A program made the translations under genes and the position numbers. From positions 1-64,000 of IMG/VR virus record IMGVR_UViG_3300033418_000001: DNA of 64,000 bases. One strand, written 5' to 3'. Source of the stretch: a virus. The notes below the pieces were generated by a model. That model was not told the origin of the DNA. It saw only the letters and a list, made by a program, of their open reading frames with translations, and made no database searches. Positions 1 through 9,497 of this stretch are shown in pieces. The number at the start of each line of letters is the position of its first letter. The first letter of the stretch is position 1.

Positions 1-1669
1 CGTAGGCTTCCGAGCCAACGTAGGCCGTGCCCACCGTGGACAGCGTGGCGTTGTCGGTGAGCGTCGTGCCCGCAGCCGTGGAGACCTCCGTCGCCGCCCC
101 CACCGTGCTGATGGTGGCGTTGTCCGTCAGCGTCACACCCGCTGCGGTACTCGCGGCTTCCCCTGCCCCCGCAAGCAGCGACGCGGTGTCGGTCAACGTG
201 ACCGCATCCGAGGTGTAAGACGCGCTCGCGGCGCCGACCGTGCTGAGGGACGCGGTGTCCGTCAGCGTGACGGCAGTCGTAGTGCTGCTTGCCTCCCCTG
301 CGCCTGCGATCAGCGACGCGGTGTCAGTGAGCGTGACACCATTGGCCGTGGCATCGACGTTGCTGCTGAGGTTGCCGCCGTACTGTTGGAAGGCGTCCTG
401 CTGAAACGCATCCGGTTGCCACATGGTGTTGGCCGGAGCAAGTTCCCACGCCGAGATGCTGTCGATGTCGAAGGAGTGGTCGAACGCAATGAACCACACC
501 CCGATCCAACCCACGTCCGTGATCGGCGTGGTGCTGTCGGTGTAGGTGATGACTTCGACGTTGTTGACGAAGCATCGGATCAGCGTGTTGGTAGTGCCCG
601 ACACCTCCATGCGGAGGGTGCGGGTCTGCCCAATCGAGCGCGTCAGGTCATCGACTGCGTTGGTGGCAAGCGCAGTGGTGCCGCCATCCTTCTTGTCGAG
701 TTGCCAGATGCCATCGGCGTCGTTCCACCCGAAGATGTACGCCTTGCCCGAGGTGAACGTGCAGCGGGCCGCGATACCCGTGGTGATGGAGCCGCTGAAG
801 CCGCTGCCGTTGGCGTCGTAGTAGAAGACTGCCTCGATTACCTGATCCGGCGACGGAGGCAGGGCGAGGTGGCCCGCAAGGTAGTACCCGGTGCTGTTGG
901 TGCCTTGGAGCCGGTTGCTCTGGATCGTCGGCTCGTTGCCTGCCGATGCCTGATCGAGCGTGACCCACGAACCATGGTTGGGCAGCGTGGTGCTGTCGAT
1001 GTCGGTGAAGCTGTCGCTCATGATGGGCGTGGACGCGCCCTTCAGCGCCATCCACACCCCCGACACCTGCGTAGGCGTGCCCTCCCAGTCACAACCGATG
1101 GTCGCGCTGTCCGCGCTGTTGACCACCTTGTAGCAGAGGTTGCCGACCGGGTAACTCGTTGCGTCCACTGACGAAGCCAGTGTCGTCATCGAGTTGTTGG
1201 GCGTCGAGACGGTGTTCGAATCCCCCGTGTCGGTGGTCGTCAGCAACAGCAGCAGAGTGTTGGGTACCGCCAACGCCCCGGTGGTCGTCTGCCGTGGGTC
1301 ACTGGCGTCGTCCAGTGAGCCGCCCGTGTCGTAGCACTGGAACGTCGGGTCGTTGATCCACCCGAAGAACACCGTGGCGTTGGTGGCCACGCTGAACGTC
1401 ACGGTGGCCGTGTGTGAAGGCCCGATCTGGCCCCACTCGCACAGGTACAGCCGGGTGATCGCCGCCCCGGTGTAGGTCTGCTTCTGCGCGTAGGTGTTGG
1501 TGAAGTAGTCGGAGACGGTGATGGTGCCCGCATAGCCTGCGGGAACCACCACCCCGACCACCAACCGGCCACCGCCGAACTCGGTGCCCTGCGTCGTCAG
1601 CGCACTCGTCGTGATCGACGTGGTGCTGACACCCGTCGCTACGGTGAATGTGCCGGGGCTAATGGCCAT
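1..1669 (-). CDS. Thr/Ala/Gly-rich tail fibre or virion protein (partial, runs off window)
   Basis: Not in the ORF track. ATG at 1669 gives MAISPGTFTVATGVSTTSITTSALTT. The part near 1-350 has (G/A)VTLTDTASL(I/L)AGAG repeats like those of 5784..7922. Frame spot-checked, not translated end to end. Confidence 0.7.
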   Translation of the reverse strand, partial: MAISPGTFTVATGVSTTSITTSALTTQGTEFGGGRLVVGVVVPAGYAGTITVSDYFTNTYAQKQTYTGAAITRLYLCEWGQIGPSHTATVTFSVATNATVFFGWINDPTFQCYDTGGSLDDASDPRQTTTGALAVPNTLLLLLTTTDTGDSNTVSTPNNSMTTLASSVDATSYPVGNLCYKVVNSADSATIGCDWEGTPTQVSGVWMALKGASTPIMSDSFTDIDSTTLPNHGSWVTLDQASAGNEPTIQSNRLQGTNSTGYYLAGHLALPPSPDQVIEAVFYYDANGSGFSGSITTGIAARCTFTSGKAYIFGWNDADGIWQLDKKDGGTTALATNAVDDLTRSIGQTRTLRMEVSGTTNTLIRCFVNNVEVITYTDSTTPITDVGWIGVWFIAFDHSFDIDSISAWELAPANTMWQPDAFQQDAFQQYGGNLSSNVDATANGVTLTDTASLIAGAGEASSTTTAVTLTDTASLSTVGAASASYTSDAVTLTDTASLLAGAGEAASTAAGVTLTDNATISTVGAATEVSTAAGTTLTDNATLSTVGTAYVGSEAY

Positions 1670-1696
1670 GTCAGTTCACCGTGGCGGGACGTGGGC

Positions 1697-2287
1697 TTAC
1701 TTCTTGGTCAGCGTGACGATCAGATCGTTGCTGTGGTTGCGGTAGTGCTTGAGGGCGAACTGCTGCTGCTCATGGTTCTTCATTGAGATGTCGGCATCGA
1801 GCGAGAACCCATACCCGAAGTCGAAGTCACAGGTCATCTCGTACAGACCATGGGTCAGCTTCTCCCGCGTGCGCCACTCCTTGTTGAAGTACAGGAACGA
1901 CTCCGCGCACACCGGAGGCCACTGGTGCGTGTAGTCCTGAATGGCGCGGTGTGAGTCGCCATCCGGCACCACGATCACCATCTGCGAACCTTGTTTCAGG
2001 ATGCGGCAGCACTCGTCCATGAAGCGGGGCCGCAGGATGCCGGGGATGTGTTCGAAGAAGTGGGAGCAGTTGATGCTGTCCACCACGCCGTCGTCGCACG
2101 GCCACGGGAACGTGAGCAGGTCGAAGAGGAAGTCGGTGCTTGGGGTCTGGTACTTGTCCACTCCCAAGTGGCCTTCCGCCTTGCGGTCCCCGCACGCCAG
2201 ATCGAGACGCAGCGGTTGCCCTTCGGGCGCTCGCCACCGGCCATCGACCACCGCCAACTTCGCCACCGTCGCCTTCCGCTTGGTCAC
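1697..2287 (-). CDS. Class I SAM-dependent methyltransferase
   Basis: Motifs LRLDLACG, GVDK, INCSHFFEHI and ECCRILKQG. Likely GTG start at 2287 overlapping the upstream TGA. Confidence 0.8.
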   Translation of the reverse strand: MTKRKATVAKLAVVDGRWRAPEGQPLRLDLACGDRKAEGHLGVDKYQTPSTDFLFDLLTFPWPCDDGVVDSINCSHFFEHIPGILRPRFMDECCRILKQGSQMVIVVPDGDSHRAIQDYTHQWPPVCAESFLYFNKEWRTREKLTHGLYEMTCDFDFGYGFSLDADISMKNHEQQQFALKHYRNHSNDLIVTLTKK

Positions 2288-2550
2288 CACCGTGCACCCC
2301 CGAGAGTCGTGTTGTTGCCCCCCTGCTGCACCATGGGTGTCGGGGTGCTGCCGCAGTACGTGCACTTGCGCCCCGGGTACTCGGGGGTCGCGCCGCAGTT
2401 GCGGCAGTTGTCGTAGTGCACCCGCTGCATCTGCGCCAACTGCTGTTGCTGCGCGAGATTGTGGCTCGTCATCACGCACGACATCAGCGGCACGATGCTC
2501 ATCGTCATCATGGGGGCGTAGTCCCCACGGCTTGCCGTTACCATCACCAC
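2284..2550 (-). CDS. Small zinc-ribbon protein
   Basis: CRNCG...CTYCG; fills the gap between its neighbours with overlapping ends. Confidence 0.55.
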   Translation of the reverse strand: MVMVTASRGDYAPMMTMSIVPLMSCVMTSHNLAQQQQLAQMQRVHYDNCRNCGATPEYPGRKCTYCGSTPTPMVQQGGNNTTLGGARW

Positions 2551-3263
2551 GTTATGTCACTCCCTTGGTCGTAGTGTCCTACCTTCACGCGACAGTCAAT
2601 CGCGCACCTGTACCCGTGCTTCTTGAAGTCGGTCCACGCATAGAGGTCTTGCGTGAAGACGCCTTCGGCCACGCTCGCGGCGGTCTTGAACCATGGCCGA
2701 CGCAACTTCGGGTTCTTGAACATCTCCATGCGGAACAGCGTGAAGCCCATCCCCGTGCCGTTGCACTCCACCAGTTGCTCCGGCACCGGACGCTGCGGCT
2801 TGAAGTTTAGCGGGAACTCGGCGGGATTGCCCCACACCTGCGCCACGCCGCCTTCGCCCTTGGTGAAGTAGAGGCCACCGATGGCGGCGAACTCAGGGTG
2901 CGCCTCCATCGACTCCAACAGGCGGATCAGGCCATCCGGCGGCGGGATGTTGTCGTGTTCCAACGCGAGCAGGTACTTCCACGTGGACAATTCGGGGTTG
3001 CTGAGGATCGCTTCGATGGTCTGGGAGTACGCCTGCCCCACCTCCATGCCCATGGCGAACAGGAAGGTGTTCTTCTGATTCGGCGGGCGGATGAGGTTGA
3101 GCCACGAAGCCACCGCCTTCGTCGGCACGCTGCCGAGCGCGGGCACGATGATGACCGTGGACAAGTCGCGGTACGCCCCTTCCTTGGTGAGGCGATTGAC
3201 AGTCGCCGGAAGGTTCTCGTTGTGCTTACCGCCTTCGTAGCTGCTGATGATCTGAGGCTTCAT
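2544..3263 (-). CDS. GT-A fold (GT2-like) glycosyltransferase
   Basis: VIIVP, YLLALEHDN (DxD-like), GMGFTLFR, QDLYAW, AIDCRVKVGH match phage GT2-like proteins. Confidence 0.75.
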   Translation of the reverse strand: MKPQIISSYEGGKHNENLPATVNRLTKEGAYRDLSTVIIVPALGSVPTKAVASWLNLIRPPNQKNTFLFAMGMEVGQAYSQTIEAILSNPELSTWKYLLALEHDNIPPPDGLIRLLESMEAHPEFAAIGGLYFTKGEGGVAQVWGNPAEFPLNFKPQRPVPEQLVECNGTGMGFTLFRMEMFKNPKLRRPWFKTAASVAEGVFTQDLYAWTDFKKHGYRCAIDCRVKVGHYDQGSDITW

Positions 3264-4969
3264 AGGGTCGAGATTGCGAAGTGAGCAACGGGAGCGCGGA
3301 GGCCGAGCGAGCCGGAGCCAATGATGTGGTTGGAACTGATGGCCGCAGGGAGAGCAGTAGTCGTGGTGCCAACGATACCAAGGAACGCCGAAAGCTGCCG
3401 TGAAGTCGCCGACGCCTGTCCGAAGTACCCCGAGAACACCGAGTTGGGCTGCGTGCGTAGCATCTGGCTCAACGTCATGCCTGCGGGACTAGCGGACGTG
3501 CGCGACAGCACCGCAAGCCAGTAGCGACCGGCACTGATGGTGTTGGTCCACGGGATGACGAAGTTGCGTGGCCCTGCATACCAAGAGTACGAACCCACCG
3601 TGCCCGACATCGTGGCACCCATTGACGACGAAGTGCTAGACAACAGCGACAGTGTACTGCCGTTGAGCGTGTAGAGACCAACGTGATACGAGACGGTGAA
3701 CGATCCCGAGGAGTTCGACGTGGCGGTGAAGTGCTGCCCGAGCAGCAAGTAGGAGTGCCGCACTTCCTTGTCCACGGGGTAGGGCTGCACGTGGACCGAG
3801 TTGCTACCGATCTGACCGACCACCCACTCATGATCTGGATAGGCGGCGTACTCACTGACGACAAGACCGCCGCCGCCCCCACCAACGAAGCTGATCGTGG
3901 CGCTCTGCCCGTTGACCGAACCTGACAGGGTGATGTTGTTGCCGCCGACGAACACCATCTGCGACGACACCATGCCCGAGGTACCCGCACTGTTGCCGAG
4001 GTTCGTGATGCCGAGCGTGAGCGCCCCCGTGGCTCCACCGGGAGCGTTGGCACTGATGCTGATCGAGCGTCCGTCCTGCGACAGCGTGATGTTGGGGCCA
4101 CCCATGATGACGGCGGTGCCCGAGGTGATGTTGCTGTAGCCGCCCACCCCCGAGGTGCTGTTGCCGCCGATGCTCACTGCGGCACCACCGCCACCGCCGC
4201 CGGTCTGCGAAATCAGCACCGACCCCCCCGACATGCCCACGCTGATGTTGCCCTGACCCACGAAGGTCATGGAGCGAGCATCGACCGTGTTGGACGAGGA
4301 CTGCCCCGTGGTCTGCGACGACATGTACAGGCCGATGGTCTGCGCGCTCTGCGCGGCAGCACTGACGGTGATGGTCGCGCTCGCACCGTTCACCGACTGC
4401 GACAGCGTGATGTTGTTGCCCCCGGCGAGCAGCAAGCGCATCGCTGCACCGGATGCGATGCCCGACGTGCCTGCGCTGTTGCCAAGGTTGCTGATACCCC
4501 CCGACTGCGATTGGAAGGCTGCGCCGCTGATGGTGACGGTGGCCGAGGCGCCGTTGACCGACTGGCTCAGGGTGACGTTGTTGCCGCCCGCGAAGAGCAG
4601 GCGCACCTGAGCGCCCGAAGCGATGCCCGAGGTACCGGCGGTGTTGCCGAGGTTGGAGATGCCGCCCGACTGGGACAGCACGGCAGCGGCGTTGGGGCCG
4701 CTGATAACGACGGTGGCCGCGCCTGCGGCGGTGACCCCCGACAACGTGATGTTGTTGCCGCCCTGCCAAACGATGTTCGTCCCGCTCAGGGCACTGCTGT
4801 TGTTGGTGTTGCCCGACAGTGTGAGGAACTGATTGTGGACCGAGTTCCAGTCCGAAGGACGGAGCAGGTCCGTCGCTGCGCGGGTGGCCGTGGACCCCTG
4901 ACTGTTCAGCACCGTGACGGTGCCGGTCATGTCCCCGATGGTGTTCGACTTGGCGTGAGAGATTGCCAC
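3260..4969 (-). CDS. Ser/Gly/Thr-rich repeat virion or fibre protein
   Basis: Repeats GISNLGN.AGTSG...GGNN(I/V)TLSQSVNGASAT(I/V)T(I/V)S; lies in the tail-fibre region. Confidence 0.6.
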   Translation of the reverse strand: MAISHAKSNTIGDMTGTVTVLNSQGSTATRAATDLLRPSDWNSVHNQFLTLSGNTNNSSALSGTNIVWQGGNNITLSGVTAAGAATVVISGPNAAAVLSQSGGISNLGNTAGTSGIASGAQVRLLFAGGNNVTLSQSVNGASATVTISGAAFQSQSGGISNLGNSAGTSGIASGAAMRLLLAGGNNITLSQSVNGASATITVSAAAQSAQTIGLYMSSQTTGQSSSNTVDARSMTFVGQGNISVGMSGGSVLISQTGGGGGGAAVSIGGNSTSGVGGYSNITSGTAVIMGGPNITLSQDGRSISISANAPGGATGALTLGITNLGNSAGTSGMVSSQMVFVGGNNITLSGSVNGQSATISFVGGGGGGLVVSEYAAYPDHEWVVGQIGSNSVHVQPYPVDKEVRHSYLLLGQHFTATSNSSGSFTVSYHVGLYTLNGSTLSLLSSTSSSMGATMSGTVGSYSWYAGPRNFVIPWTNTISAGRYWLAVLSRTSASPAGMTLSQMLRTQPNSVFSGYFGQASATSRQLSAFLGIVGTTTTALPAAISSNHIIGSGSLGLRAPVAHFAISTL

Positions 4970-4972
4970 GGG

Positions 4973-5284
4973 TTACCTCTTGTGTTGCTTGGGCGTCCCG
5001 AGGCAACCATCAATCAAGTTCTCAACGGCTGTCCCGAGGTCTTCTTCGGCGACGATCAACGCGCGCCTTGCACTCTCCGTCACCTCCTCGGGCTTGGCCC
5101 GCGCGATCAAGATCGCCGCAATGCGCCACTCGATGGCCCGAGATACCACGTTACGAGCATGTTCCTGTTCGACGCGCAGAGATGCCCGGTCACGCAGTGC
5201 TTCTTCCACGACAGAAGCCGACAGCGCGGCGCTAGTTGCGACCTCCCGCAACCATGCAGCCACGCTCTCAGCTTCATCCGCCAC
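4973..5284 (-). CDS. Hypothetical helical protein
   Basis: Fits exactly between flanking genes on the coding strand. Confidence 0.55.
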   Translation of the reverse strand: MADEAESVAAWLREVATSAALSASVVEEALRDRASLRVEQEHARNVVSRAIEWRIAAILIARAKPEEVTESARRALIVAEEDLGTAVENLIDGCLGTPKQHKR

Positions 5285-5288
5285 GACA

Positions 5289-5708
5289 TTAGTTCTGGAT
5301 GCGGATCGTGGACGCCGTGAGGGTCAACGTGCCGTTGGTCGTGGACACGTCGGAGCCGAAGTCGATGACGGCAACGAGTTCGTCTGCCGACGACGCGCCG
5401 CCCCGGCTCTTGTAGTAGACCGCCTTGCGCGCCGTGATGGTGGACGCAGGCCACGTGGTGCCGCCGAGCGTGACATCGAGCCGGTCGTTGGCCGTGTCTT
5501 TGGTGACCGTGATGGTCGCGCTGTTGCCGCCGGTCGTGTAGCCGTTGCCATTGGCGACTTCGTTGGTGACCGCCGACCGCTTCAGGTCGCTGTCCTTGCT
5601 CTCGGTGTAGGCCGACGTGGTGAGCAGCACCTTGAACGTGTCGGTGTCGAGGTCGATGGCCCCGCGAGCGAGGTCTTCCCAAAAGCTGTTGTAGATGAGC
5701 GAGGCCAT
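5289..5708 (-). CDS. Phage tail-associated structural protein
   Basis: MASLIYNSF...IDLDTDTFKVLL...NGYTTGG...ITARKAVYY resembles small phage tail proteins; AAGGAG RBS precedes ATG 5708. Confidence 0.7.
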   Translation of the reverse strand: MASLIYNSFWEDLARGAIDLDTDTFKVLLTTSAYTESKDSDLKRSAVTNEVANGNGYTTGGNSATITVTKDTANDRLDVTLGGTTWPASTITARKAVYYKSRGGASSADELVAVIDFGSDVSTTNGTLTLTASTIRIQN

Positions 5709-5783
5709 GAAGACTCCTTGATGGGGGGACAGCACGAAAACTCAGTGCTTCTGCATCCTATCCAGTGGCCTTGCTCCGAACAA

Positions 5784-7922
5784 CTACGCCGCGAGGAGCG
5801 TTTCGTCCAAAACGGTGACAGCCTCGCGGTCCACCACGGTCGTGGCCGGGTGCCGGTCGTAGAGGATGGTGGCGCGGTGCGGCGTCTGGAAGGGCAGCAG
5901 GATGCCCACCATGAGCGAGGTCGTGACCGGGGTGAGGTCCACCCCCGAGGCCATGTTGTCGCCGTGCAGACCCCCGGGGAGGAGGTCGAAGAGGGGTTGG
6001 AACAGGGCGCCTTCGGCCACAGCGGACGGCAAGCATTGCCCGTCGAGCAGCGTGGCGACCGCCCCGGGAAGCTCTTGCCCCGCCGCGTCGGCGTCGATGA
6101 CCGGCAGACCGGGCAGGAAGACCACCTGCGCCCCGAGCAGCGTGCCGCCGAGGGAGACCTGCGTCTCCCCATCGAGCAGCGCCGTGGAGGCCGTCAGAAC
6201 GACGCCAGAGGCGGTGACATCCGAGGGGTAGAGCAGGCCCGGGAGGATCGTGCCGGTGACAGGCAGCGTGACCCCAGAGGCGTCCTTGCCGATCCCCACC
6301 GTCCCCGGCAGGTAGACGGTCGTCGGGTAGAGGACTTGCCCGTTGGCCGTGGCATGGACCGGGTTCTGCGCCGACACTGACCCCGCGAGCAGGCTCGCGT
6401 TTGCAGACATCTGCACACCGGCCTTGGACGAACTGGCCTGCCCCGCCCCTGCTAGGGTGGTGGCTGTGACGGTGATGGTCTGCCCGTCCGCCGTCTTGCC
6501 CACCCCGGCGACGCCATCGAGCAGGGAGGTCGTAGCCGCGACCGTCGCCCCCGGGGCCGTGCTGTCCGCGCTGCGCGCCCCCGCGAGCAGCACAGCGGCC
6601 TTGGAGATGGTGGCGCCTGCCGCCGTGGAGGACCACGACACCGTGCCCGTGGTGGGCAGGGAGGCCGTCACCGTCAGGGTTTGGCCGTCCGCTTGGTCGT
6701 CCACCCCCGGGGCGAACAGGATGCCGTCGATCAGCGACGCGGTGCGCGACAGCACGGCGCCATTGGCCTGCCCGTCAAGCTGCGTGGTGCCTTGGCCCGC
6801 GATGAGGCTGACAGTGGACGTGAGCAGCGCCGCGCTCTGGTAGGCGATGGTCGAGGTCGCCGCGACCACCGAAGCCGTGACCGAGACCGTCTGCCCTTCC
6901 GCCGTCGCCCCGGCGGTGCCCGGGATGAAGGTGACGTTGCGGGCGAGGGTGATGCCCCCCGCCGAGGAAGCGCCCGTGGCGCCGCCTACCGTGGGCAGGC
7001 TAGTCGTCGCGGTGAGGGTGGTGCCGTTGGCCGTGGCACCCCGGGCCACCGTGCCCACGGTGGGCATGGAGATGGTGACCGTCAGGGTGACGCCCGAGGC
7101 CGAGGCCGGGTAGTTGGCCGACCCCGCCCCCACGGTGGCCAGAGACGACGCCACGGTGAACAGCGTGGCCGGTACGGTGATGTCCTTGCCCGTGCACTGC
7201 CCCGGCAGGAAGGACACCGTGCCGGTGAGGGTGGCCGCAGCCGTAGTGGACGCTGCGGACCCCGCTCCCGCGATCAGCGAAGCCGTGCGCGAGAGGAGCG
7301 CGCCCACCCCCGTGCCGAACACGATGGGCGTGCCGCCGAAGCGCGTGGCGGTGACCGTGAGCGTGACACCATTGACCTGACTGCTTGCGGTCCACGTGCC
7401 AAGGATTTGGCCCGCCGTGGCGGGGAGCGTCTGAGCCGCAGTCGTAGAGGAGGCTTGCCCTTCACCCGCGATCAGCGAAGCGGTCTGCGTGAAGGTGATG
7501 CCGTCGATCCCGATGCCCCCGGTGCCCGGGGTGAAGCTCGCGGTCGCGGTGAGGGTGGCCCCGGCGGCGGTGGACGCAGCTTGTCCTGCCCCGGCGAGCA
7601 GCGATGCGGTGTCGGTGAGAAGCTGACCACTGGCGCTGTTGGTGGCCTGAATCTGGCCATCGAGCAGGCTTGCGGTGTCAGTGAGGGTGACCCCGGCGGT
7701 GGTACTGGTGGCAGTCTGCGCCCCCGCGATCAGCGATGCGGTAGCGTCTAGCATCTGCCCCGACGCCCCGGCCCCGCCCCCCACCGTGGCGAAGTCGATG
7801 TTCGCCGCGTTCCATGCCGGGGCACTGTACGCCCCGTCGCCGGAGAACTCGATGTTCCTCAGCAACGGCAGGAGGGTGGCGCTGACGGTGAGGACAACGC
7901 CATTGGCGGTGGCGTCCGCCAT
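5784..7922 (-). CDS. Ala/Thr/Gly-rich repeat tail fibre protein
   Basis: Many ~20-aa repeats A.G.TLT.TASL(L/I)(A/D)G; tail context. Confidence 0.65.
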   Translation of the reverse strand: MADATANGVVLTVSATLLPLLRNIEFSGDGAYSAPAWNAANIDFATVGGGAGASGQMLDATASLIAGAQTATSTTAGVTLTDTASLLDGQIQATNSASGQLLTDTASLLAGAGQAASTAAGATLTATASFTPGTGGIGIDGITFTQTASLIAGEGQASSTTAAQTLPATAGQILGTWTASSQVNGVTLTVTATRFGGTPIVFGTGVGALLSRTASLIAGAGSAASTTAAATLTGTVSFLPGQCTGKDITVPATLFTVASSLATVGAGSANYPASASGVTLTVTISMPTVGTVARGATANGTTLTATTSLPTVGGATGASSAGGITLARNVTFIPGTAGATAEGQTVSVTASVVAATSTIAYQSAALLTSTVSLIAGQGTTQLDGQANGAVLSRTASLIDGILFAPGVDDQADGQTLTVTASLPTTGTVSWSSTAAGATISKAAVLLAGARSADSTAPGATVAATTSLLDGVAGVGKTADGQTITVTATTLAGAGQASSSKAGVQMSANASLLAGSVSAQNPVHATANGQVLYPTTVYLPGTVGIGKDASGVTLPVTGTILPGLLYPSDVTASGVVLTASTALLDGETQVSLGGTLLGAQVVFLPGLPVIDADAAGQELPGAVATLLDGQCLPSAVAEGALFQPLFDLLPGGLHGDNMASGVDLTPVTTSLMVGILLPFQTPHRATILYDRHPATTVVDREAVTVLDETLLAA
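6402..6415. repeat. Dispersed palindrome copy 1 (TGCAGACATCTGCA), intragenic
   Basis: Exact match read from the sequence. Confidence 0.9.
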
Positions 7923-7923
7923 G

Positions 7924-8568
7924 TCACGCTCCCGGCGTCAAACGATCAAGGCGACCGATGTTCCAAACGTCTCCCCCGGGGAGGTCGAAGGCGACGACGG
8001 CGTAGCCCTCGGACTTGGTGGGATCGAGGCCGGTGAACGTGTAGTCGCCGTTGGCGTCCGTTCGCACCATGCCGATGATCTGCTTCGTCTGCCGCCAGAT
8101 CAGGCACACCTCCACCCCCACCTGCGCTACGGTGGCAGCGGTGACCTTGCCAGTGATCATGCCGTTGGTGGCCATACCATCGTTGAAGTGTGAGCCGTGG
8201 GGAGCCGTGACCAACTTCGCTGTGACGACAGCATACTGGTTCATGGGGACACCGGCCACAGTATCCTGCCACAGGCCGAGACTTCGCATCACGCGAATCC
8301 GCGCACGCATCGCAGCGGAGTTGGTGATGATGTCGTGCATAAAGCCCGCGCCCCCCGTGAGAGGGCGGAAGCCCACGTCCACCTGCTTGTTGTAGTGCCA
8401 CACCGCGCGCACGTAGGCGGTGTTGGCGATGACGGTGCGCGTGCCCGCCACGTTGCCCTCGCGGAAGGTGCCCGGGTGCGTGCGGAGGTACCGCTTCTTG
8501 GCAGCGGTGTAGATCGCGTTGCCCGCGATGTCATCCCGGTTGGTGCCAATAGCCCCTTGGTCCGCCAT
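7924..8568 (-). CDS. Tail fibre-associated protein with C-terminal Cna-B/prealbumin-like domain
   Basis: ITGKVT...VRTDANGDYTFTGL...YAVVAFD; TGATG overlap with the upstream gene. Confidence 0.55.
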   Translation of the reverse strand: MADQGAIGTNRDDIAGNAIYTAAKKRYLRTHPGTFREGNVAGTRTVIANTAYVRAVWHYNKQVDVGFRPLTGGAGFMHDIITNSAAMRARIRVMRSLGLWQDTVAGVPMNQYAVVTAKLVTAPHGSHFNDGMATNGMITGKVTAATVAQVGVEVCLIWRQTKQIIGMVRTDANGDYTFTGLDPTKSEGYAVVAFDLPGGDVWNIGRLDRLTPGA

Positions 8569-9494
8569 CACACATCCCACGTGTCCGAAGTTTCGATGCA
8601 GCACGCCCCATCATTCGGCCCCCACACCACTTCGTAGCTGCGCCCCGCGAGTACCCCCCCATTGGCCGGAACCGTGAAGGTGGTACCGGCGGGGAAGTAG
8701 GTGCGTACATGGCACGGCACCACCATCCCCGGCAGATAGATGCGCGGGCCAAAGACCAACTCGTACAGGTACACCCGTGACAGCACCATGCCGCCACGAA
8801 TCGGACAGGGGTATGCCCTACCATAGGAGCCGAGGTCCGTGCCGGTCACTCGATGCTCCAACATGTCTACGAGCTTGCCAGAAGCCACAGCCCCGGGGAA
8901 CTTGTTCCACGAACGGAACAGGTAGTGCCCGCCAACGGCAGTGGCCCACGTGGCGTACCCCCAGAGCAAGTACGGCACACCTGACGCAGTGGGGGCAGCG
9001 GTGTTGTTGGCGATGAAGAAGGAGTTGTGGATGCCCTGATCCCCCGCGTTGATGGACACCCCATCCCCCACTGCCGTCATCTGGAATAGCGCGTTGACGT
9101 AGGTGAAGAGGTAGAACGCACGCCCCGTGGCGATGAAGAGGTAAGGCCGCTGCGTGGCGTCCGCCGTCTGACTCTTCCACAGGTAGTGACCCCCGGGGAA
9201 GGCGATTTCGTTGGGGATTTGCCCGTACCCGGTCAGTGCCCCGGTGGACTGTTCGAACGGGCGCACGCGAGCTAGTGTGGTGCCCGTGTCGTCGATGGAG
9301 AAGCAGACTTGATTGCCCGCAGGCGCCTTGTAGGCGGCGGTGTTGGTGCCCGTGTAGACCTTGGTCCACCCCGCCGTGGTGACGAGGCAGAAGTCCAACA
9401 CCGCGATGGCTTGCCCGATCTGCCCCGTCAGACTGGGGGCACCCCCGGTGTCAGCCCCGGTAGCCCACCCTTTGCGTACCAGATAGACGGGCAT
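8568..9494 (-). CDS. Tail fibre-related protein (paralog of 9498..10667)
   Basis: GAPSLTG..G..IAVLDFCLV...GWTK...N.AAYK; ends IETSDTWDV. Confidence 0.6.
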   Translation of the reverse strand: MPVYLVRKGWATGADTGGAPSLTGQIGQAIAVLDFCLVTTAGWTKVYTGTNTAAYKAPAGNQVCFSIDDTGTTLARVRPFEQSTGALTGYGQIPNEIAFPGGHYLWKSQTADATQRPYLFIATGRAFYLFTYVNALFQMTAVGDGVSINAGDQGIHNSFFIANNTAAPTASGVPYLLWGYATWATAVGGHYLFRSWNKFPGAVASGKLVDMLEHRVTGTDLGSYGRAYPCPIRGGMVLSRVYLYELVFGPRIYLPGMVVPCHVRTYFPAGTTFTVPANGGVLAGRSYEVVWGPNDGACCIETSDTWDV

Positions 9495-9497
9495 GGC

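Noticed and set aside
3900-4780. Duplicated segments as a diversity-generating retroelement TR/VR pair
   Set aside because: They are in-frame protein repeats with mostly synonymous differences, and no reverse transcriptase is present in the window.
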